A DNA stretch of 61,780 nt, filler included, from Choristocarpus tenellus KU-1152 (Eukaryota > Protista > Phaeophyceae): the NCBI GenBank assembly GCA_964200185.2. It is 10 parts of 10 records of this genome, joined end to end, with 100 filler letters (N's around TTAATTAATTAA, not from the genome) between each part and the next. Parts side by side here need not be neighbours in the genome. Positions count along the whole stretch, not along the records: positions 45,823 to 58,844 come from CAXNAD020001611.1; positions 58,945 to 61,780 come from CAXNAD020024320.1; 8 more parts are not named here. One strand, given 5' to 3'. Below are positions 52,301 through 61,780 of the stretch, in pieces. Both the position numbers and the translations under genes were made by a program. Below the pieces are notes generated by a model. That model had not been told where the DNA came from. It did not search any database and saw nothing but the letters and a program-made list of their open reading frames with translations. Position 1 is the stretch's first letter, and each line of letters opens with the position of its first letter.

Positions 52301-55300
52301 AGGGTACACCAGAATGTCTTGACATTAACAACAGGCACATATACTCTGGTAGATATTAGTCGGGTTGAGCTCTTGTGCATTGTATATACTATCACCACAT
52401 CTGATGTCTAGTTGAAATACTCTACATTCAGTTCAAAGAGCAACATTTCAGTGCACTGTGATTGAATAGTGTCTACTGATAGACATGTTTGCCAAGAAGT
52501 TGAAGATCTTGCGGTACATTTATTGTCAAAACTTCAATACGTCCGGTTTCAATACTCACAGATGTAGGCAGTAATAAGCAAAGGCCAACTTGGAGATCAA
52601 GAATCAAGGCAGAGCACACAAATCATGGACAAATAAACCACACAAGAAATCCAAGTTGAGTAAAGGGACTCAGGGAAGGGGGGAATGAGAGGTACAAGTG
52701 TTTCAGGGCTAATACAGGTGCCAACAATCCTGGCTCGCTTCGAAATCTCTATTGCAGTGGTCAAATCTCAATAAATTTCGCCTGCATGCCACACCACAAC
52801 AAGGAGGGAACATGCAATAACCCAGGGAAGGAAAAACTAACTACTCTACAAGAATAATGATTTACTACAGCAAAATGTTACAAAACCAATAAAAGGGAAA
52901 AGTCTCCCATTCTGAGAAACCTTTTGAAACATGAGACCAAAGATTTTCATCTTCATGTTGCACACAATCTGATCTGCCTTATCGCAACCCTGGACCCAAC
53001 CCCCTCCCCCTTTCCAAAATCTCACTTGAAGAAAGCATGCCCCAACTTGTGCCTCGGAATGAACCCCATGGCCTTGGAGATTGCATAAAGGCTCACATTC
53101 CTCCACTGTGTCCCCTGCTGGCCCATCTGTATGGCGAACCGCTCATCATCCGGATTGAGCGTTCCCTTGGTGCAGTAGTCAGTGAGGAGGAGTAGAAGGT
53201 ACTGCGCCAGGATGCTACTCTGTTCTCATCAACGAGATGATAAAAAGGAAGAGGGAATGAGTTACACTGGCACAAGAGAAGGATGGCATTATGAACACAA
53301 GATCCATACTACAGAACATCTCAGATACCTCAATATGGGGTAAAGACCCTTTAATATATACCCATATCATCGTCCAGAACTGCCCTCCAACTCAGCTGCA
53401 TCTCACCTTAGATCAAAAGCTAGAATCTGAGGATTGGACCGAGACGGAGGGCCACCAACGCAAAAAACCCACCACTTTTACTACCAGTGGTACTCACACC
53501 CAAGTACACACACCACAACCTACCTTCAACTCCTATGTATTTCCTGTAACCACCCTGCATCAAGAATAGGTAACAAGTACAACACGGCAGCAGCACTACT
53601 CCAGGCCCCGTAACAAACAGGAGCAATCCTGTTTCCTCAAAGTATCTCTCTTGCCTTGACACGCTGTAGGTAGGGCCTCCACAGGTAAGTGGTCGCCACA
53701 GCCAACACGATGAAGTTCTTCACCAACAGTCCCACCCTCCAAGCCAGGTAGGACTCAAGGATATTGGCTGCAATTTCATGCAAGTTCGCAATGTCGTACT
53801 TTTCTGCGTAGGACCCATCAAGGTCCAGGACCCAGATCTCAAACACATAATTCCACATCAAGACCAACATCACAGCATACCCCACGAGAGCAATCTCATT
53901 GTGTAGCACCACTGGAAAGTAGTACCTGAATTAGAAAGGAAGGAAGGGCATCAACACCTTGTCGATCCATTGCATTGAGCAATCAGAGAGGATATCTACT
54001 CTACTACATTCAAAACATAGCTCAAGCATTCAATGGTACAAGAACTGCAGGAGTCAACTGATGTGGCATCTGATGTTGCCCAGTTCTCCTGCTTGTATGG
54101 GGGGTGTATCAGTTGATCTTCCACAGGATAGGCTCATCCAACAAAACGATCCGAACCCACAACACTCTCTAGCACCAAGCACAATACAGATGTGATGATG
54201 TGTCACACTTGACAAAACAAACATACTCTCCCCTTCCCATTACTATAAACTCCAGCAACCTCCTACCCGCCATCCTCTTGCCTGTTCCCCTTGTAGAGCA
54301 TGCTTGAGGCCTTTGTGGTGAGAATGTACGCAAACAGGCGTGCTGTGAAGCGCAGTACCGGTAGGGACCCGAGGGTTATACTGGCAAACAAGACCCACTT
54401 ATACACATCCACCTCCGAATCATCACCCCCAGGTATGTCTACATTGTTCTTCACAACAAATGCTGTCACCAAGACCACAATCACCATCAGCACTGCCCGG
54501 CGAAGAGATCTTAATTCTTTTCCTACATTTACACTCTGTAGTGAGATGTAGGTAAGACACACAAAAAAGGGTGAGGGGGGGGGGGGGGGGGGAAAACAGC
54601 CCAAGCACCAAAAACAAGAAAAAACGGGAAGGGGANNNNNNNNNNACCAGAAGGGGGGCGGGGGGGGGGCGAACGGGGGGCAATCAGCCCAAGCACCAAC
54701 AACATGAAATGCCCATTCCCTTCATCAAATCCACATCATAGATGGAACTCAGTCCAGTAAAAAAAAATGTGTTGTGATTCTTCAACGTCCAACTGTTTTT
54801 CAGGTTGAACTTGACACAGTAGTCAATTGTTGAACTTGAAGACTACCAGACGACTGAACAGCTACTTGGGGTCCTGCAGGACCATTTTTAACATAAAAAA
54901 GCTATGATGAAGGGCTTAAGTTTGGGTTAAAGAGGATTTATAGTAAAAATGTGGAAGAACGTGTCTGGCAGTCAACCTATTTCATTTTGTAACAAAAAAA
55001 AAAAGAAATATGTGCACCTGCCTCAGTCAGGAACGAGGATCATTTTTCAACTCTCATGTCTACATTGCGTACTTCAACCTAGCCTGCACAGGGCGTATGC
55101 ACCACCCTTCCTACTCTGATGAAGCGTACACAAAATGAATGACTCAGTCCTCATTTCTTGTCTCAAGCAAAAAAATGAGTACCTCTATCTCTCCAATCAT
55201 GATTTCTGGCTCCACCTCAGGAGCTACATAGTGTTGGGACCCTCTCTGTGCATTGAACGCTAGTGTTTGAGCTGGTGCAGGTTTTCTTGATGCTTCCTCA

Positions 55301-57320
55301 ACAACAGTCAGACCTCCAGCGGCATTGGACGGGAGGTGGTGATTTGAATTAGTCCTGGTTCGAGATATTGTAGGCGCCCCCCGAGGAGACACTAGCAGCG
55401 ATGCCGCACTACCCCTTCTTCCCAACTGTGGGAAACCGACCCTGCTTGACTCAGGTTCTAGTTGGGTCTTGTTCGTTTGTGTGTCGATGCTCTTGGACAT
55501 TTGCCTGCAATATTGGTGTGTGTTTGCCAGTCAGCAGTGACACATGAGGGAAGGGCAAGGGGGGCAGGGACAAATCAGTCTACGATCTTGGACTGGTCTT
55601 TGGCACTCACCTCTGAGAACATACACACATGCTGACATGACAAGTTTGGATCACAATGGAGCACAGTGGAAGCAATTGATATACCTGTCACTACGTATCT
55701 CCTCCAATACAAATGGCATATCCCAGTTAGCACTGGACATACAAGTAGGCTTCGTTCAAAATTCAATCCATATTTAGAGAGGTTCGGTACTACTGTGTGT
55801 GCTCAAAACGCCAAACTCAAGACAAGCTGCAGAGGTGAACCTCCTTCTCCTTCAAGGAGGTGAAACAAAAACAAAGAAAATAATAAGGTTTAAAGCACCA
55901 GCTTTCCCAAAAGACACTAAATTCTGTTGTTGTGTGGAAGAGGGGTTTGGCACAGATTGATATCATCTAAAGTGCGTGACTGCTTTATCTCTTGATCACA
56001 CACATAGTGCAATGCAGCAATACAACTGACCCATCGCCACTTGCTCGGGTCCTTTTCGGTTCTACTGCATGACACACCCGTTCTACGCGACCAAGCATGC
56101 CACAATAAAAAAATGACCAAGCCTGTTAAAACGTTCGGGCCACGTTAGCAATCTTACCTCAACCGGCACCCTGTATTCGTGCCAGTTCACACCAATTTTA
56201 GGATAATCCTCGGAGTTTTAGTTTTCAACACAGCCTCTCAAAGCCGACATGGACTCCTCTATGGCGAAGTTTCACACCAAATCCTTCGCACACGAGGTAA
56301 CACCACCAGAAATTTCAAAATTAACTAATGGTAGGAGCTTTAACACAATCAATATGTGGCGGAGTCAAATGGAAGGTTTTCTTCAACAGTCATCTTTGTA
56401 GGTTTTCAATTCTTTAAAGTTACGCCAGTTCTCTTCCCAAGTTGAAAGTAGGACCCTTGCCTTGATCTGACGCCCTCACCTGGCTAATCCTCGAATTGCA
56501 CACTCTGATTCCAGTGCCTGTTGTTTTTGAGCTTCATCCATCGCACGACCTTCGGTCAATCCGGCCGTTGCACTATCTTGCGGTTCTGTCATACGCCTGC
56601 ATGAGGGTAAGTGCGTCTGTCTTGAATAAAATTGTGACCAACTAGTCGACGAGTTGGCTGCCAAGCAATAACACTTCTATACAATCAACGAAACCACAAT
56701 GCTAGGTGAAAGCACGTCCCCTTTGAGACATAGCATTAACAGCGCAGTCAGACAAAGGTCACACGAGTTGTTCCCAACGTATTCAGACAAAATCATTTCC
56801 GCCCCACCCACTTCAGGCATCGCTCTCAACTAGAGGAAAGGATCTCACATGCAGCACCAAAAAATGTGTAACTTTGGAAATACTCCCCTGACCTCATTCG
56901 CCCACTCCCAAATATACTTGCAGCGAGGCTCCTGTGCCGTGAGTGATGCGAGGCATCGTTTATCTGCGTAGGATTAGCTCCAACCTCGCCCTCCATTGTT
57001 GGCAACAAATTATCCTGAAGGTAAAAACTGGATCTCGAAGTGAGCGCACTAGATGTCGAAGAACTTTGATTGTGGTCGCATGCTCCAGGGGGCAACCGAC
57101 GTCTTCCCCCAGGACCTCGCACAATAGGACCCAGGTTGGTGGACAGATCTTTTTCATCCAACATGGCAACACAGGGCAACACACGCCCACACCCAGGGAG
57201 AAGACAATCCTCGGTGAAAAACCTCTCAACCTTGCTGGTCAGGTCGTCAGATCTTGGGTGTATGACTTGAGACTTCAACAAAGTACAACTGGGACCATGG
57301 TCATTAACTGCGTTTGTCAC
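46351..57320 (-). CDS. MscS-like mechanosensitive channel with EF-hand, 3' end missing; exons ~57320-56893 (uncertain), ~56640-56479, 55504-55183, 54535-54282 (or 54267), 53925-53655, 53219-53026, 52139-51365, 50257-50129, 49039-48779, 48561-48472, 46435-46351
   Basis: Several TM exons; YLQRVK|SSILAQYLL; EF-hand AYQMFDLDGSGSVSRD|E; MscS core NLFTSMVFIFVMRVFDVGDRI...VVKINLLSTVLKRWDEQ|LFYIPNQVLAGKTIVNIQRS; phases consistent from 56479 downstream. Confidence 0.9.
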
Positions 57321-58723
57321 TTGTCTTCTTCTATTTCTATTTGGTGTACATTAGTAGTAGCAAGAAGTATCACGAAAATGTTCGGGTATCAACAATTGCA
57401 TTACGAGTTAATCCAATCAATCCAAATCACACCAACTAAGCATAATACTACAATACTATCTGTACCTTATACCCTGTGTCTCGGTCCTCTTTGGTATCGT
57501 GAAAAACACACAGAACCCCTACCAAAATGCTAGTCTCGATAGGTTTTCTGGTTCCTATTTCTTTTTTCGAATGGAAGATTGTTTGTCATACCATTTACCA
57601 ATCAACTCGCAATTTCTTGTTTTCTAATTACAGTAATTAATTCTTAGTGGAGTGTGAGACACTTACAAACAAATGATTTTTTAAGAAGTTAGAAAGTAAA
57701 GATTTACCTCTGATCTGTCCAAATATATTGTTTGATCTTAAAACAAGTGTAGTTTTATGTGTTGTAGAGATAGTTCCGAACGGTATTTTTAATGGAATGA
57801 ATCAGAGCCTATATAAAGTTCTAGTTTCCAGTTTCCCGATGTCGAAGAGCATATTCAGTATGACATTTGCCGAGGGTCCCCTTTTTGATTTTGTGATGTT
57901 TGTGATGTAGGTATCTATCTCGTTATTAGTCATTAAAGTAACGTTAGAATATCCACGTGTTCTTTGTCTTTTCCAATTCCTTTTCATGAATATACTCACA
58001 CTATTTATTCATTATGTTAACACCAAGTTCAATTTCGTCGACCTCAACATAGTCTCAAAGTCGTTGATCAATGAGGTTCTTCCAGACCTCTTGGAAATTT
58101 TGGACTAACGATCATGGAGGTGACTGGAAGAATCCATCAACATCAGGATAAACCACCACACACAACACTCACTGAAAAGTTATGTCACTTCGAGGTGGTC
58201 CTTCTCCCTCAATCTATTTGTTTGTAGTCGGTCTCTTGATGAAAACAAGATCCTGATAGATGCATCGAAGAAACTGCGTACCTCGTACACATTGTAATAT
58301 GACCAACAATGAAGGCATTGAAGAGGATAGAACAGTGGATTTTAATAATTGAGGATGGGTTTGACCGAAAATGGTGCAGAAAAAGTGCCGATATATATAT
58401 CTTTGTAATGTTGCGGCACTTTTTAAGGGCCCCTTTTTGAATGGGATGTATTTTTGTTCAAAACTATTTCGGTGCTTGTGGAGGGCACTGAAACAATTTG
58501 GAAGCGACCTCGACCAAGCCAAAGGTATAAGGACAGACGGCCCCCCTCGGGGGGGAGCCGGTAACGGTTTTGGTATTCTTATAATATGTATGGTACACTA
58601 TAGATTGTACTATATACAGTACAGTACCTACCCCGATTTTGTGCACCCATGGGTATGCCCGAAAAAAGCGGCACAGGATTTATATGGTACAATATCGGTT
58701 TTGTAGTAATTAGGGTTAGGGTT

Positions 58724-58844
58724 AGCTGGGAATCAATTGTCGAAGCAACTGATTAATCGTGGTGAGCTGGGAAATCAATCGTCAAAGCGACTAAATAATC
58801 GTGGTGAGCTGGGAAATCAATCGTCGAAGCGACTAATTAATCGT
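58724..58844 (+). repeat. 42-bp tandem repeat (at least 3 copies) directly after a TTAGGG tract, running into the contig end
   Basis: Unit AGCTGGGAAATCAATCGTCGAAGCGACTAATTAATCGTGGTG. Confidence 0.9.
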
Positions 58845-59399
58845 NNNNNNNNNNNNNNNNNNNNNNNNNNNNNNNNNNNNNNNNNNNNTTAATTAATTAA
58901 NNNNNNNNNNNNNNNNNNNNNNNNNNNNNNNNNNNNNNNNNNNNGATTTTCCTCCTTTTGATGTCTCAGGATGATGGGGAGATTATAACTGAGGACCCTG
59001 ACCTGTTAGATTTATCTGGGCCTTTGTTCGAGGACTTAGGGATTGATAGTGAGCCAGTTACGCTCGGGGAGGACTCTCACGAGTCTGCACAGCAGGAGAA
59101 AGGGTCACACAATATCCCGTGAAGTTGAATGCTGTGCGAGCTTGCTGATTTTATACCTACCCCAATCTCTAGCCCATCTGAATCTGCACGCTTGAGAAGG
59201 GCTCAGCAGAGGGATATCGGGAGAGGGAACCAAGATACGCCAGGGGAAGCGCTAGCGGCTCATATAGTCAAAGCCCTAGTTGTTCAAGAAGTGGTGTATG
59301 ACGCTGCTAAAATGCCCATGGCGTTTCCTGATAGCCAATACCTTACCACCTGAGCTGTGATTCCGAAGGGAAGCTTTGAGGTCTCTAGAGGCACCATTT

Positions 59400-60396
59400 T
59401 GGCAGGACGTTACGAAGACAGAGTAGACAAAACTGGTGGAGACTGGGCGTTGGGATGAAGTGAAAAGCCCATCAGATCACCGTTTGGTTCGAACCAAATG
59501 TGTGTTTAATAGAAAGGTAAGTTTGGAGGTAGAAGTGTCCAGGTACAAAGCATCATGGGAAACAGGAAGATCCCTGACTGTACTACACCGAGAAATTTGA
59601 GCCTACTCCCTCGACAAACGCCTTACATTTGGTGATGTTAATCCTGTATTTGAAGACATGGAGATATGGCATGCTGACGTAGACCAGGCTTTTGTGCAAG
59701 CAGATGTAAGGAGGACAATTACATTGAACAGCCAGAGGGTGTTACAGCAGCACCAGGAATGGTAGGAAAGCTCAAGAGATCTTTGTATGGCTTGGTACAG
59801 GCATCACACAGTTTCGAGCAATACGAGGCTGGCCCCTGTTTGCTTCATCTGGTGGAAAACTGGGTGATGGAAGTGCTGATAACCACACATGTGGATAATC
59901 TGTTGATGGTTAGTCGCTTGCAGGAGAAGGGCAGGGCAGTGGTGGAAGCTCTGAACAAGGAATTTCCTGTGAAGGATTTGGGGGATGTAAAGCTGTATTT
60001 GGGATGCCATGTTGCATGAGATCGTAAGATAAGGACGCTGAGAGGATCGATCAGCAAGTATACATGGAAGGGCTGATGGAATGGTTCGAGATCACCAAAT
60101 AATATGATATGCCTGCTGCCTGGATCTACAGCCAGAAATCTGTCTGAGAGGACTACTAGCTGCATTTGATGTATGATGAGGGCAATGAGGGTGCAGTGAA
60201 GCTGTCAGGAAACCCGATCAATGGGTTTAGGACAAAGCATATAGATGTACGCCATCGTTTCCTTGGTCCGTTAGTTTGGGACAAGGTTTTAGAAGTTGTG
60301 CATGTCGGATCCGAGGAGCAGCATGCTAATTTTCTCACCAAGTCTCTCAGTCGTGACACTTCTATGTATCATGTGAGGGCTGTAATGGACTTATGA
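59400..60396 (+). mobile_element. Decayed Ty1/copia pol fragment (RT and RNase H)
   Basis: TKCVFNRK..SRYKAS, WHADVDQAFVQA, IYIEQPEG, KLKRSLYGLVQAS, THVDNLLM, KDLGDVKLYLG, RTKHIDVRHRFL, QHANFLTKSL; stops, frameshifts and deletions. Confidence 0.92.
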
Positions 60397-61653
60397 TTAT
60401 TTGATTTTTCAGGACGATGAGCTCGAGGAGTTGAAGCAAAGCCAGGGTAATACCAGGATCAGTGTTGTGTTGTGATGAAATATTGTGAGTGCACAGTAGG
60501 GAAGGATGTTTGCATAGGGACATGTTTTGTAGTACTGTACACACTCAATGTTGCTATTAGTATACATGAACAAATGTCTTTGAAGCAATAGTGTAACTGG
60601 AATGATTCATGAGTGATGGAAAGGAGTATTAGAATATTGTGATGTTCGAGTAATGGCCTAGGAAATATATTGTTTGGTAATTTCGAAGATTGTTTGCTAG
60701 GATGATTATGGAGGGTAGGACAACACCCCCCCTTATGGATAGAACTCACTCTTTGCTGGAATGCACATTGAACATCATCATCTTCTTGGTGAAGCGGATA
60801 CTCTTTGGTGGTGTGCAAACATCCTTCACATCCTGTACTTCTCACCTAGCCCTGCGAATGTGGGCGAGGAGTCCTTCATATCAGGCTGAGGTCTGAAGGG
60901 TCCCACGGGTCCCTGGCGTCACAGGAGAAAAAAAATTGCATGACATTAGTCTTGGGGCTATCCCTTACCCGCCCTAAAATTTCCACCTTGATCTTGGTCC
61001 GGCTTTGGCTTTTTTGTGGCATGAACATTCTTCACCGGTTTGTTTTATTTTATGGCCCTTGCCTTTTCTCAATCAATGTGTATTGCTTGCCTTCTACTAG
61101 GGTACTTTTTCGACAATGGGTTTGAGATCCCTCACAAAAATTTCTACTAGTACTGTGATGAAGCACTAAAAAATGTACTGGCAACAATTAATACTCACAC
61201 TAAAGGATAAACTTAGTGCATGCACTGAAGTAAATATACCCAACAAATCCATGCCCCACCGATTTTGAAGATAAATCAGGGGTTCCCGCCAACCACATAC
61301 GTGGGGGATTGGTGAATCAGTAAGATGTTATACCCTCAACATTACGTATATCTGTTACTGGCAGTATATAATCAATACTTTATACTCTCATTGGTTTCTT
61401 TCACAGCTATACCGTTCTCAGCACAGAATATATTTTGCCATCTATGTCAGGGGGGGGAAAACTGAGACCAAAATATATGACAAGGACTACTGTTGATATA
61501 ATAGTTTTTGTAAAAGATGCTACGATTAAATATTTACTGCTTGAAAGCTAACAATACCCAATGTCCCTTTGCAGATTGTTCTCCTACAAACTAATGCGTA
61601 CACTGCTATGCTTCTAACCTATCTTAGCTCTATGAAGGTGGGCAATGAGCTAG

Positions 61654-61780
61654 GAGTGAAAGTATCTTAGAGGGTACGAATTTTGCCCTGTTTGTCCATT
61701 TGAGACTTGGGTACCCACGGGGTTTTTTATTACATTTTCCTAGTCCAAAATATTTCAGAGTAGGTAAAATGTAACGTTAT
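61654..61780 (-). mobile_element. MITE family A, cut by window end
   Basis: GAGTGAAAGTATCTTAGAGGGTACGAATTTTGCCCTGTTTGTCCAT. Confidence 0.9.

Noticed and set aside
56943-57533. 196-aa plus-strand ORF and similar antisense ORFs (50121, 51645, 17032)
   Set aside because: Antisense shadows of minus-strand exons or composition artefacts
58724-58844. CRISPR-like palindromic repeats
   Set aside because: Units are contiguous with no unique spacers, no cas genes, eukaryotic context
4585-58944. Recurrent TTAATTAATTAA motif and ORFs containing X runs
   Set aside because: Artificial scaffolding linker; not biological
9312-61780. Functional cluster of HPPK, peptidase, Dispatched-like, filamin and MscS genes
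   Set aside because: Each lies on a separate contig joined by linkers, so there is no evidence of linkage

Overview
Eukaryotic, intron-rich genomic DNA. It is not one locus: ten short contigs are joined by identical 100-bp artificial linkers (N44-TTAATTAATTAA-N44), so adjacency across linkers means nothing. Long GT-AG introns, poly-G/C tracts, scattered TTAGGG tracts and the gene set suggest a stramenopile, probably a brown alga or relative (inference). Partial multi-exon genes reconstructed by hand: a tandem SH3b-like protein, an HPPK (folK-like) exon, a possible Nup133-like propeller protein, a His-rich protein, a hypothetical protein head-to-head with a secreted C69 peptidase, a Dispatched/Patched-like membrane protein, a signal-peptide + filamin/Ig protein with a duplicated first exon, and an EF-hand MscS-like channel with a probable GC-AG intron. 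Mobile DNA: a group of related TIR MITEs with G(A/G)NNNAAGWA termini (possibly Sola-like), AT-rich foldback elements, a tRNA-derived SINE-like head, a decayed tyrosine-recombinase (DIRS/Ngaro-type) retroelement and a decayed Ty1/copia pol. I found no convincing new multi-gene system. The best leads are a tandem array of in-frame 15-nt micro-exon cassettes, the MITE group, and the His-rich exon-module protein that the ORF track misses. All family calls are from motif recognition, not database searches.
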